This document shows positions 51,048-60,110 of a stretch of DNA of 64,000 nucleotides, piece by piece. The notes under the pieces are model-generated. The model saw only the letters and a program-made list of their open reading frames with translations, did not search any database and had not been told where the DNA came from. The stretch spans positions 2,764 through 66,763 of the forward strand of contig CALGAD010000161.1 in NCBI GenBank assembly GCA_937951955.1, written 5' to 3'. The stretch comes from an uncultured Bacillaceae bacterium. Its GTDB lineage: Bacteria > Bacillota > Bacilli > Bacillales > Caldibacillaceae. Position 1 is the first letter of the stretch. Every line of letters starts with the position of its first letter. A program made the position numbers and the translations under genes.

Positions 51048-52790
51048 CTTGTGTTTCTCATCTGTTTTTAACAAAGGAATGAAAATGCGGATGCTCGTTC
51101 CGATACCTGGTTCGGATTGCACCTCAATATTTCCCCCATGCAAATCAACAATTCCCTTGGCGATACTCATTCCTAACCCGGTTCCTGCATTTTTTTCCAT
51201 AGTATTTGTTCCACGGTAGTATCGATTAAATAATTTATCAAGAGCTTCTTTGTCCATTCCGACCCCATTATCTTCAATTTGAATGATTCCAAAATGATGA
51301 TCATGGAATAGAGAAATTTTAATTTCTGTAGAAACGGGATTGTGTTTGATTGAATTATAAATAATATTATCTAATACCCGTTCAAACCATTTTGGATCGA
51401 TTTGGATCACCAATGTTTTTGCATGGGGAATAAACGTGATTGCGTGTTGAATCGTTAAATCATCCATATATTTTTGGGCAACATTTCTGACGAATTGATT
51501 GGCATCAATCGGTGTCAAATCCATGTTAATTGCACTATTTTTTAATTGAAAAATTAGTGAAAAATCGTCAATAAGTTGCAGCATATACTCGCTTTTTTCG
51601 CGCAGACCTTTTCCAATCTCTTGCAACTCCTCATCAGAAAAGGAAAATTGCTTACTTTCTAAAATATGACCGTATCCTTGAATTGTAGACAGCGGGGTTC
51701 GCAAATCGTGGGAAATTCCCGTCATCCATTCTTCTCGCGTTTGTTCCAGTTGTTTCCGTTCTGTTTCGATTTGTTGCAGTTTCGTTGATAAATCTTTTAA
51801 AGAATGGATAACCTCTTCATACAAGCGGAAACGGTAGCGAATCTTGCCATTCTTTTTAAATATTTTTCGTCTTTCCTTATTTGAAAACACATGTCGGTAC
51901 TCCTGATTTTCCATCCGCTTTAACCAGTTTACAAAGAGCATTAACGGCTGTCCGTAACGTTGAGCATTCCAGAAAGAAATCATTAATGTAAATATGAGAC
52001 TCACGATAACGGCTATCAAGGCTATTTGTGTTTCTTTTGAAAAAACAGGGATTAACGTTTTTTCATAATTGGAATTTGGCAGATGGAGAACCCAGGAAAC
52101 TCCCGTTGCCGCATCACTGAAAAAAGATATTGTCGTGTCATAGTAACCTGGCTCGTAAATTCTCCCCAATAATTCGATCATGCTATATTTCTGCTCACTT
52201 TTTGGACCGATCGCCTGGATCAATTCACCGTCTTTATAGATTTGTAAAAACGCATCTAATTCTTGAAGTTGTTCTTCCATACGTTCAATCTCTTGTTCGG
52301 GTATTAGCCCGTCTTGATTGAAATCGAAAAACCATTGTTCCAGCTTATCTTGATATCGATCTTTGTATCCAAAAAGATAATAATACGGTTCACTCGTCCA
52401 TGAATCAAAAATGGCGCGAATTTTATAATCCAGGAAAACTCCTGAATCATTTATTTCCAGCAGTTCATTAATCGTGTAGGAATCTGGAAGAATATCTGGT
52501 GTGTTGATCGTATAAATGACTTTGCCATTTTTATTAATCACCTGCATCCACAGATCGTTTTCCTTCAGTACCTCGTGCCACGAATCATCTAAATCAACTT
52601 GATCATCTGTAATATAAATGAAATTGGTAAGATTTGCGATGATGCTTTCCCTTGACTGCGCTGCTGTTTCAACATTTGTTAAAAACTTCGCCAGAAAGAA
52701 AATGAGCAAGATCGTAAAAAGAAAAACGGTTATAAAAAATATAACGAATTGAATGAAAAAGCTTAGGGCTAATCTTCTCTGTACCTTCAT
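51045..52790 (-). CDS. Sensor histidine kinase (two TM segments flanking a ~220-aa extracytoplasmic domain)
   Basis: H-box ISHDLRTPLSTI, N-box NSIKHN, G-boxes DNGVGM and GTGLGMSI. Confidence 0.9.
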   Translation of the reverse strand: MKVQRRLALSFFIQFVIFFITVFLFTILLIFFLAKFLTNVETAAQSRESIIANLTNFIYITDDQVDLDDSWHEVLKENDLWMQVINKNGKVIYTINTPDILPDSYTINELLEINDSGVFLDYKIRAIFDSWTSEPYYYLFGYKDRYQDKLEQWFFDFNQDGLIPEQEIERMEEQLQELDAFLQIYKDGELIQAIGPKSEQKYSMIELLGRIYEPGYYDTTISFFSDAATGVSWVLHLPNSNYEKTLIPVFSKETQIALIAVIVSLIFTLMISFWNAQRYGQPLMLFVNWLKRMENQEYRHVFSNKERRKIFKKNGKIRYRFRLYEEVIHSLKDLSTKLQQIETERKQLEQTREEWMTGISHDLRTPLSTIQGYGHILESKQFSFSDEELQEIGKGLREKSEYMLQLIDDFSLIFQLKNSAINMDLTPIDANQFVRNVAQKYMDDLTIQHAITFIPHAKTLVIQIDPKWFERVLDNIIYNSIKHNPVSTEIKISLFHDHHFGIIQIEDNGVGMDKEALDKLFNRYYRGTNTMEKNAGTGLGMSIAKGIVDLHGGNIEVQSEPGIGTSIRIFIPLLKTDEKHK

Positions 52791-53497
52791 TACATTCTGT
52801 CCTTTACTAATTTATAGCCTAATCCGCGAACGGTTATTAAAAATTTTGGATTACTGGGGTCTGGCTCGATTCGCTCCCGGATTCTTCGAATATGCACCAT
52901 GATGGTGTTATCATCGACCATATGATTGGAGCCCCAGACGGCAGCGTATAATTGTTCTTTTGAAAGCACACGATTCACATTTTTACAAAAATACACCAGG
53001 AGTAAGAAAACTTGTGCCGGTGTTGGCACCGGTTTTCCATCGACAATGAGTTCCCCTGCTTCTTCATCCACAATAAAATAGCCGAAATCATGGATTTTTT
53101 TGTTCCGTGAAACGATTCGGTTATTATGTTCCATCCTTCTTTTTAACTGCACTTTAATTCTCGCGACAATTTCCAGTGGATTAAATGGTTTCGTTACGTA
53201 ATCATCTCCCCCTCGTTCGAAACCCGTTAATACGTCAAAATCAGAAGTGCGTGCGGTTAAAAACAAAATATGCACATCGGTATATTCGCGGATTTTTGGT
53301 GCGAGATCAAAACCATTCGTATCGGGTAACATGACATCTAAAACAATATAGTCAATGGGTTGATTTTGAATAATCATCAAAGCTTCTTTACCAGTTGTGG
53401 CTTTATAAACAGTAAATCCTTCTTTTTTGAGAACCATCTCTAACATTTGTAATATGGAAATTTCATCATCGACCAACAATATATTTGCATTATTCAT
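52790..53497 (-). CDS. OmpR-family response regulator
   Basis: Receiver domain (ILLVDDE, LDVMLPD) plus winged-helix output domain. Its stop overlaps the kinase start by 1 nt (TAATG). ATG 53497 lies 5 nt after GGGTGA. Confidence 0.9.
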   Translation of the reverse strand: MNNANILLVDDEISILQMLEMVLKKEGFTVYKATTGKEALMIIQNQPIDYIVLDVMLPDTNGFDLAPKIREYTDVHILFLTARTSDFDVLTGFERGGDDYVTKPFNPLEIVARIKVQLKRRMEHNNRIVSRNKKIHDFGYFIVDEEAGELIVDGKPVPTPAQVFLLLVYFCKNVNRVLSKEQLYAAVWGSNHMVDDNTIMVHIRRIRERIEPDPSNPKFLITVRGLGYKLVKDRM

Positions 53498-53530
53498 TCT
53501 AATCACCCAATTCTATATTAACATAGTAAT

Positions 53531-53567
53531 CTTAATAAAAGTTTACTTATTTTCGCAATTTATTAAG
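53531..53567. promoter_or_regulatory. Inverted repeat in the divergent response-regulator/DUF418 intergenic region (candidate operator)
   Basis: CTTAATAAA (53531-53539) and TTTATTAAG (53559-53567) are exact reverse complements separated by 19 nt. Confidence 0.3.
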
Positions 53568-53671
53568 GTAATAGAAAGGTAGCGGATAATGGGGGGAAAG
53601 GTTTATTGATTACACTGAATTTGAATCTGGAATATGTCAAGTGAATGAATTACGAAGAGGGGGAGAGTAAG

Positions 53672-54865
53672 ATGAAGGAAAAAAAGGAAAGAATCCGTGT
53701 CATTGATGGAATTCGCGGGGTAAGTTTGCTCGGGATTTTATTGGCGAATTTATTGATTTTCCAGTACGGAATTTGGGGGAAAGATGATATCGGTTTTTAT
53801 CAAATTGCAAGTTTTGATTACGGTGCTTACTATTTCACGAAGATCTTCATTGAAGGTAGTTTCATGCCGATATTTACCTTTTTATTCGGTTATTCGATGA
53901 TTTTAATGAAAAATAGTCTCGAACGAAAAAACTTAAAAGTAAAGCGTCATTTTGTCAGGAGAGCATTGTTTCTAGTTATTGTTGGGTTATTGCATGGTTA
54001 TTTTTTGTGGGAAGGAGATATCTTGCTATTTTATGGCTTGATGTCCTTAATCTTATTGATTTTTATCAATCGGAAAAAGAAGACAATTTTCGGGTGGGCG
54101 ATCGCCATATTTATACTGAGCGGCTTAATCGGATTTGGTTCTTATTCAGATTCAATGGATCCAGAACTTATACCTCCAGAGCGATTAGAAGCCTATCATG
54201 AGCAAACGTTACACGTATATGGTAGTGGCAGTTACCTGGAAATTTTAGAACATCGCCTGAATGAAACGCCTATCGATCTCGGTCCAATATTTATGCTCGG
54301 TGTCTTATTATTTGCGCCAATTTTATCGATTCCGATGTTTTTATTCGGCATGTATGCTGCAAAAAGAAAAATGTTTTTCCAGTTGGAAAAAGAGCAGAAA
54401 CTTTACCGCTTTGGCCTGCTGTTCATTCCGCTCGGATTAATCATGAAAGGTGCCTATTATTATTTTTCAGACGTCGCTTTGATGGGAATCATGTTTACTT
54501 TTGGCAGTGACTTGTTGTCCTTAGGATATATTTTCTTAGTAGCGTTTCTGTATAGCAAATTTCATTCTGCAAAATTGTTACGGGTTTTCGAAAGTGTCGG
54601 TCAATTATCCATGTCAAATTATTTAATGCAAACGATCATTTGTACGACGATATTTTATGGTTATGGTTTAGGCTTATTTGCACAACTCGGTGTATTGAAC
54701 GGAATTTTCTTGGGACTCCTTATTTATAGTTTACAGGCCACTTTTAGTCGGCTATATTTAAAAAGATGGAAAATGGGACCGGTGGAAAAACTTTCCAGAA
54801 TCTGGACATATTTCTCATTAACAGGAAGACCGAAAATGAAGCAAGTCATGGAAGAAACTGCCTGA
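53672..54865 (+). CDS. DUF418-domain membrane protein (YeiB-like)
   Basis: IDGIRGVSLLGILLANLLIF N-terminus resembles E. coli YeiB. About 10 hydrophobic segments. GAGGGGGA RBS. Confidence 0.75.
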   Translation: MKEKKERIRVIDGIRGVSLLGILLANLLIFQYGIWGKDDIGFYQIASFDYGAYYFTKIFIEGSFMPIFTFLFGYSMILMKNSLERKNLKVKRHFVRRALFLVIVGLLHGYFLWEGDILLFYGLMSLILLIFINRKKKTIFGWAIAIFILSGLIGFGSYSDSMDPELIPPERLEAYHEQTLHVYGSGSYLEILEHRLNETPIDLGPIFMLGVLLFAPILSIPMFLFGMYAAKRKMFFQLEKEQKLYRFGLLFIPLGLIMKGAYYYFSDVALMGIMFTFGSDLLSLGYIFLVAFLYSKFHSAKLLRVFESVGQLSMSNYLMQTIICTTIFYGYGLGLFAQLGVLNGIFLGLLIYSLQATFSRLYLKRWKMGPVEKLSRIWTYFSLTGRPKMKQVMEETA

Positions 54866-54908
54866 ATTTGGGCAAAAGGATAAAAGATGCAAAAAGACAA
54901 AGGGATTC

Positions 54909-54937
54909 TTGCTTTTTCTCAAGAAAGATTTTATAAT
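54909..54937 (+). promoter_or_regulatory. Sigma-A-type promoter of thrS
   Basis: TTGCTT (54909-54914), 17 nt spacer, TATAAT (54932-54937). Confidence 0.55.
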
Positions 54938-54975
54938 ACTTTATAACTAAAAAACCGTATAAAAAAAGGTAATGC

Positions 54976-55216
54976 GAAGGACACGGGTTTTTAACAACGG
55001 TTTCCAGAGAGGAAAGCATTTGGTGGAAGCTTTCTAACACGTGTTAAAAACTCACCACCTTCAAACTTCAACCGTGAAAGAGTATTCGAGTAATGGTTGA
55101 CGGCGTAAACCGTTATCCTAATGAAGCCGCAAGGTCAATTTGTGCCTTTTGCGGGAATTAGGGTGGAACCACGTGTACACAACTCGTCCCTTACTTTGAG
55201 GGGCGAGTTTTTTTAT
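54976..55216 (+). promoter_or_regulatory. T-box leader (threonine specifier ACC) controlling thrS
   Basis: Stem I with AG box and GGTGGAA distal loop. Specifier ACC-A at 55054-55057. F-box CCGTTA (55110-55115). T-box AATTAGGGTGGAACCACG (55156-55173). Terminator at 55181-55216. Confidence 0.88.
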
Positions 55217-55244
55217 TTTAAAAATTGTTGATGGAGGGAAAAGT

Positions 55245-57182
55245 ATGGCGGATGTCATTCAAGTTACATTTCCGGACGGTGCGGTGAAGGAGTTTCAAAA
55301 AGGGGTTACGACAGAAGAGATTGCAGCTTCAATCAGTCCTGGCTTAAAGAAACGGGCCATTGCCGGGAAATACAATGACCGTCTTGTCGATTTAAGAACC
55401 CCTTTAGAAGTAGATGGAGCCATTCAAATTTTAACGGAAAAAGATGCTGAATCGCTGGAAATTTTACGGCACTCCACCGCCCACTTAATGGCACAGGCCA
55501 TTAAACGCTTATATAAACATGTAAAATTTGGCGTCGGTCCGGTTATTGAAAACGGATTTTACTACGATATGGATCTTGGCGATGCGACGATTTCGCCGGA
55601 AGATTTGCCGAAGATTGAAGAGGAAATGAAAAAAATCATCAATGAGAATTTACCGATTGAAAGAAAAGTCGTCAGTCGTGAAGAAGCGAAACGATTTTTC
55701 GAAGAAGTCGGTGATGAATATAAGCTGGAATTAATCGACGATATTCCGGAAGGAGAACCGATCACCCTTTATAAACAGGGGGAATTTGTTGACCTTTGCC
55801 GGGGCGTACACGTTCCTTCCACCGGTAAAATTAAAGAGTTTAAACTATTGAGTATTTCCGGTGCATACTGGCGCGGAGATAGCAATAACAAAATGTTAAC
55901 CCGGGTTTATGGCACGGCGTTCTTTAAAAAGTCCGAATTAGAGAAGTATTTAAAAATGCGGGAAGAAGCGAAAGAACGGGATCACCGCAAACTCGGAAAA
56001 GAATTAGAGCTATTTGCAAATAACGAACTCGTCGGTCAAGGATTGCCTCTATGGCTTCCGAAAGGGGCAACGATTCGCCGCACGATCGAACGGTATATCG
56101 TTGATAAAGAAGTGAAACTCGGGTATGACCACGTTTATACACCGGTGCTGGCCAATGTGGAACTGTATAAAACAAGTGGTCACTGGGATCATTATCAAGA
56201 TGATATGTTCCCGCCGATGGATATGGGGGACGGTGAACAGCTCGTCCTGCGCCCGATGAACTGTCCGCACCACATGATGATTTATAAAAATAAACCCCAT
56301 AGTTATCGGGAGCTGCCGATCCGTATTGCGGAACTCGGGATGATGCACCGGTATGAAATGTCCGGGGCACTCTCTGGCTTGCAGCGGGTACGGGGCATGA
56401 CGTTAAATGACGCCCATATATTTGTAAGACCGGATCAAATCCAAGAAGAATTCAAACGGGTCGTTCAGCTCATTATCGAGGTATATAAAGACTTTAATAT
56501 TACGGATTACAAATTCCGGCTTTCGTACCGGGATCCAGAAGATACTGAAAAATATTATGATGACGATGAAATGTGGGAAAAAGCCCAAAGCATGTTAAAA
56601 CAAGCGATGGATGATTTAGGGCTCGAATATTACGAAGCAGAAGGGGAAGCGGCCTTCTACGGACCGAAACTGGATGTTCAAGTACAAACAGCCTTAGGTA
56701 AGGATGAAACATTATCAACGGTTCAGCTTGACTTCTTAATGCCTGAGCGTTTTGATTTGACGTATATCGGAGAAGACGGTAAAGAACACCGTCCGGTCGT
56801 TATCCACCGCGGTGTCGTTTCAACGATGGAACGCTTTGTTGCCTATTTAATTGAGGAATATAAAGGAGCGTTCCCGACCTGGTTAGCTCCGGTTCAAGTT
56901 CAGGTTATTCCAGTTTCACCGGAACATCATTACGATTATGCCAGAAAAGTGACGGACGAATTGAAAGCTGCGGGAATTCGCGTCGAACTTGATGACCGGA
57001 GTGAAAAAGTTGGCTATAAAATCCGGGAAGCACAAGTCCAAAAGATTCCGTATATGCTCGTTGTCGGTGAACAGGAAATCGAAACGAATTCGGTAAATGT
57101 CCGGAAATATGGTGAGAAAAAATCAGAAACGGTTTCCTTTAATGACTTCCTGGAAAAAATCATAGAAGAAGTGAATTTTTAA
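55245..57182 (+). CDS. thrS: Threonine--tRNA ligase
   Basis: TGS domain N-terminus, editing-site [10 protein letters not shown], class II core and anticodon-binding domain. 645 aa. Confidence 0.96.
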   Translation: MADVIQVTFPDGAVKEFQKGVTTEEIAASISPGLKKRAIAGKYNDRLVDLRTPLEVDGAIQILTEKDAESLEILRHSTAHLMAQAIKRLYKHVKFGVGPVIENGFYYDMDLGDATISPEDLPKIEEEMKKIINENLPIERKVVSREEAKRFFEEVGDEYKLELIDDIPEGEPITLYKQGEFVDLCRGVHVPSTGKIKEFKLLSISGAYWRGDSNNKMLTRVYGTAFFKKSELEKYLKMREEAKERDHRKLGKELELFANNELVGQGLPLWLPKGATIRRTIERYIVDKEVKLGYDHVYTPVLANVELYKTSGHWDHYQDDMFPPMDMGDGEQLVLRPMNCPHHMMIYKNKPHSYRELPIRIAELGMMHRYEMSGALSGLQRVRGMTLNDAHIFVRPDQIQEEFKRVVQLIIEVYKDFNITDYKFRLSYRDPEDTEKYYDDDEMWEKAQSMLKQAMDDLGLEYYEAEGEAAFYGPKLDVQVQTALGKDETLSTVQLDFLMPERFDLTYIGEDGKEHRPVVIHRGVVSTMERFVAYLIEEYKGAFPTWLAPVQVQVIPVSPEHHYDYARKVTDELKAAGIRVELDDRSEKVGYKIREAQVQKIPYMLVVGEQEIETNSVNVRKYGEKKSETVSFNDFLEKIIEEVNF

Positions 57183-57200
57183 ACGATTCTTGATTAACGA

Positions 57201-57320
57201 GGGCTGTCCGAAAAGTAAAATTACATCAAGTTGAACTAAACCAGAGTGTTGATATATCAAGGTTCTTGAACTAACAAAAGGGGCATCCAAAAGTCGAAAA
57301 TACGACTTTTTGGACAGCCC
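57201..57320. repeat. 120-bp element bounded by 16-nt inverted repeats, with an internal palindrome and direct repeats
   Basis: GGGCTGTCCGAAAAGT (57201-57216) pairs with ACTTTTTGGACAGCCC (57305-57320). Inside are TTGATATATCAA (57249-57260) and TTGAACTAA twice (57231-57239, 57266-57274). Confidence 0.5.
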
Positions 57321-57328
57321 CTTTTTAT
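57279..57328 (+). terminator. thrS terminator
   Basis: CCAAAAGTCG / CGACTTTTTGG stem extended by GGGG/CCCC, followed by TTTTTATT. Confidence 0.8.
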
Positions 57329-57454
57329 TGTACAGCCTTCTCGAACAAGCAAAATCGTTCCCGCTTGACGCATCCGTTTTTTGGTTCGAATTTTATCCTT
57401 GCATTTTTTCATGTCATTTGATATATTATGAATTGTTGTTTTTCGTGGTCTTGT

Positions 57455-57483
57455 TTGACACGCGGCCTCTTCTATGCTATATT
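57455..57483 (+). promoter_or_regulatory. Sigma-A-type promoter of the infC-rpmI-rplT operon
   Basis: TTGACA (57455-57460), 17 nt spacer, TGc-TATATT (57475-57483). Confidence 0.6.
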
Positions 57484-57489
57484 TATAAC

Positions 57490-57644
57490 GAATTGAATAC
57501 GGTTGGAGGATAAGTAGAAGCACCCGCTTCTCACCTGGTTGACGCATGATGCATGCTGTTAACAGGTTACAACTTCAGGATATATTCGTATCTACAATTG
57601 GATACGAAGGAACTGTGCGGGTGTTTGTATGCCTGCATTTTTTT
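57490..57644 (+). promoter_or_regulatory. L20 ribosomal-protein leader (transcription attenuator of infC-rpmI-rplT)
   Basis: Long-range pairing CACCCGC (57521-57527) / GCGGGTG (57617-57623) competes with the terminator TGCGGGT/GCCTGCA plus T7 (57616-57644). Hairpin TTCGTATC/GATACGAA. Confidence 0.6.
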
Positions 57645-57718
57645 ATGCGCAAAATTCGGTTGATATAGATTATCCGCCAATTCCGGTATTCAAGACAATC
57701 TCTTGGAGGTGTTTGAAT

Positions 57719-58234
57719 ATTAGCAAAGAGGCCATTTTAAACGAGAGCATTCGTGCTCGTGAACTTCGTGTCATTGATGCAAATGGAGAACAAATCGGAA
57801 TCAAGACCAAACAGGAAGCACTGGAAATTGCCGCACGCCGCAATCTTGATCTTGTGCTGGTCGCACCGAAAGCAAAGCCGCCGGTAGCAAAAATCATGGA
57901 CTACGGCAAATATCGGTTTGAGCAGCAGAAGAAAGAAAAGGAAATGCGGAAAAATCAAAAGGTGATTGCTGTTAAAGAAGTCCGGTTCAGCCCCACCATT
58001 GATGAACATGATTTTAATACGAAATTGAGAAATGCCCGGAAGTTTCTCACAAAGGGAAATAAAGTGAAAGCCTCCCTTCGCTTTAGAGGTCGAGCCATCA
58101 CGCATAAAGATATCGGTTTACGGGTCCTCAATCGCCTGGCCGAAGAGTGTTCAGATATAGCTGTGATTGAATCGAAGGCCAAAATGGAAGGGAAAAATAT
58201 GTTCTTAGTTTTAGCACCAAAAGCGGAAAAATAG
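57719..58234 (+). CDS. infC: Translation initiation factor IF-3 (ATT start codon)
   Basis: The alignment to B. subtilis IF3 begins at [18 protein letters not shown] 57719 lies 7 nt after GGAGGTG. The ORF-track ATG 57629 lies inside the leader terminator. Confidence 0.92.
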   Translation: MSKEAILNESIRARELRVIDANGEQIGIKTKQEALEIAARRNLDLVLVAPKAKPPVAKIMDYGKYRFEQQKKEKEMRKNQKVIAVKEVRFSPTIDEHDFNTKLRNARKFLTKGNKVKASLRFRGRAITHKDIGLRVLNRLAEECSDIAVIESKAKMEGKNMFLVLAPKAEK

Positions 58235-58260
58235 GTTTGAATCATAAGGAGGAAAAACAA

Positions 58261-58449
58261 ATGCCAAAAATGAAAACTCACCGTGCTTCTGCAAAGCGCT
58301 TCAAAAAGACAGGTACTGGCAAATTTAAACGTTCCCATGCATATACAAGTCACTTGTTCGCCAATAAATCACAAAAACAAAAACGGAAACTACGTAAGAG
58401 CGGAATGGTTCATCCATCTGACTTCAAACGTATTAAACACATGATATAA
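58261..58449 (+). CDS. rpmI: 50S ribosomal protein L35
   Basis: [19 protein letters not shown]-terminus with a TAAGGAGGA RBS. Confidence 0.96.
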   Translation: MPKMKTHRASAKRFKKTGTGKFKRSHAYTSHLFANKSQKQKRKLRKSGMVHPSDFKRIKHMI

Positions 58450-58480
58450 TTCAATATATTTTACCTAGGAGGGAACTCAC

Positions 58481-58840
58481 ATGGCACGTGTAAAAAGTGG
58501 TACAGTAAGACGTAAACGCCGGAAAAGAATATTAAAATTAGCAAAAGGATATTACGGTTCGAAACATCGTTTATATAGAGTTGCAAATCAACAAGTCATG
58601 AAATCCTTAAATTATGCATACCGGGATCGCCGGAGAAGAAAACGGGACTTCCGGAAACTCTGGATCACCCGTATCAATGCGGCAGCTCGTATGCACGGAC
58701 TTTCCTACAGCCGGTTCATGCACGGATTAAAATTAGCTGGCATTGAAGTAAACCGGAAAATGTTAGCAGACCTTGCTGTTTCTGATCAAGAAGCTTTCAA
58801 ACAATTAGCTGAAACAGCGAAAGCCCAATTAAATAAGTAA
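58481..58840 (+). CDS. rplT: 50S ribosomal protein L20
   Basis: [27 protein letters not shown]-terminus. 119 aa. Confidence 0.97.
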   Translation: MARVKSGTVRRKRRKRILKLAKGYYGSKHRLYRVANQQVMKSLNYAYRDRRRRKRDFRKLWITRINAAARMHGLSYSRFMHGLKLAGIEVNRKMLADLAVSDQEAFKQLAETAKAQLNK

Positions 58841-58844
58841 TGGA

Positions 58845-58885
58845 AAAAGCAGTCATTCTTTCGTAAGAATGAACTGCTTTTTTCA
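58845..58885 (+). terminator. rplT terminator
   Basis: AAAAGCAGTCATTCTT / AAGAATGAACTGCTTTT stem followed by TT. Confidence 0.85.
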
Positions 58886-58982
58886 ATTAAAATAAACCGT
58901 TGTTTCCTCTGAAAATAGAGTTTTTCCTTTTTGAACGCATGGGATACTGGGGCAATTAACGATTAACGGAAGGAAACTGGAT

Positions 58983-59423
58983 ATGAAATATGAAATAGAA
59001 GTTTCGCTTGAAAAGGACAAAGAATTCGCTTCCTTTTTGCAAAGAAAAATTCGGGAATTTAATGATGAACATTCCTTGTATCATCGGGAAGTACGGAAGG
59101 AAGGAGCGGTCCAGCCCATAAATCTCATTGTTTCTGATGATGCTGGGAATCTGATCGGTGGATTACATGCTGAAGTATATTGGGGCTGGATGGAGATTAA
59201 TTATTTTTGGATACAAGAAGAGTATCGAGGAAAAGGACTGGGTGGGCAATTAATGGAACAAGCGGAAAAGCTTGCCAAAACTATGGGTGCGAAAAAAGCC
59301 CTTTTAACGACTTTTGACTTTCAAGCCCGTTCCTATTATGAAAAGAAAGGTTATCAAATTGCAGGTGAAATTAAGGATTACCCACCTGGCAGCAGCTATT
59401 ACACGATGGTAAAAACTCTGTAG
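58983..59423 (+). CDS. GNAT-family N-acetyltransferase
   Basis: Acetyl-CoA binding motif QEEYRGKGLGGQLM. 146 aa with a GGAAGGA RBS. Confidence 0.85.
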   Translation: MKYEIEVSLEKDKEFASFLQRKIREFNDEHSLYHREVRKEGAVQPINLIVSDDAGNLIGGLHAEVYWGWMEINYFWIQEEYRGKGLGGQLMEQAEKLAKTMGAKKALLTTFDFQARSYYEKKGYQIAGEIKDYPPGSSYYTMVKTL

Positions 59424-59757
59424 TGTTAACATAATTGTTTTGGCGGGGGAATTCCGTTTCAACCAGTTGTTATTATTTAAATTATCCGTTGCTAACTTGC
59501 ACAACGATCAATGAAAAAATTATCCCCGTCTATCATGTGGATTTCAATATCGATGAGAATATGACGTGCGATGGATGATGGTTTTAACTTTGGAAAAAAC
59601 GGTCGGAGTGGATTTGTTGCACACACCATTGGATGCTCCCTCTTACGGGGGATTACTACAAACAGAAACAGAATGAATTTCCAAATAGAAATTTATTTTT
59701 TGCAAGAAAATTATAATTTAAGAACTGTTCGAGTGAACAACAAAGGAGATTAACGGA

Positions 59758-60009
59758 ATGATTTTTCAAGTAGTCGCAACACTATCGTGTATCGGTTTTT
59801 TGTTAATGGGTCTCGATAAACGGAAAGCCCGGCGCAAAGAATGGCGCATTCCAGAAAAAGTTTTCTGGGCGGTTTCTTTATTTGGCGGCGCTTCAGGCTG
59901 TACTTTGGGCATGTATATGTTTCGCCATAAAACGAAACATATCCAGTTTTATCTCGGCCTCCCGCTACTGACTGTCATGCAATGGTGGCTAATTTTCCGC
60001 TTCTTCTAA
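59758..60009 (+). CDS. DUF1294 membrane protein (YsdA-like)
   Basis: GLDKRKARRKEWRIPE and MFRHKTKH motifs. 83 aa with an AAAGGAGA RBS. Confidence 0.85.
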   Translation: MIFQVVATLSCIGFLLMGLDKRKARRKEWRIPEKVFWAVSLFGGASGCTLGMYMFRHKTKHIQFYLGLPLLTVMQWWLIFRFF

Positions 60010-60110
60010 ATCGCGGACAAAATAAAATCATATCTGAACTTCCCTTTGTATAGTTTAGTAGTAAGGTTTATTTGCACGAGCGGCATCATGAACAAAGGGA
60101 AGGTAGCAAC

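Noticed and set aside
51007-51219. 70-aa plus-strand ORF overlapping the ytxC terminator and the 3' end of the kinase gene.
   Set aside because: It is antisense to the conserved ATP-binding domain of the kinase and begins inside a terminator.
57376-57400. GGTTCGAAT, resembling a tRNA T-loop.
   Set aside because: The flanking bases cannot form a T-arm, and no acceptor or anticodon stems can be drawn. It lies in the thrS-infC spacer.
59571-59753. 60-aa plus-strand ORF upstream of the ysdA-like gene.
   Set aside because: No Shine-Dalgarno, Asn/Arg/Gly-rich translation, and it ends inside the ysdA RBS region. Probably chance.
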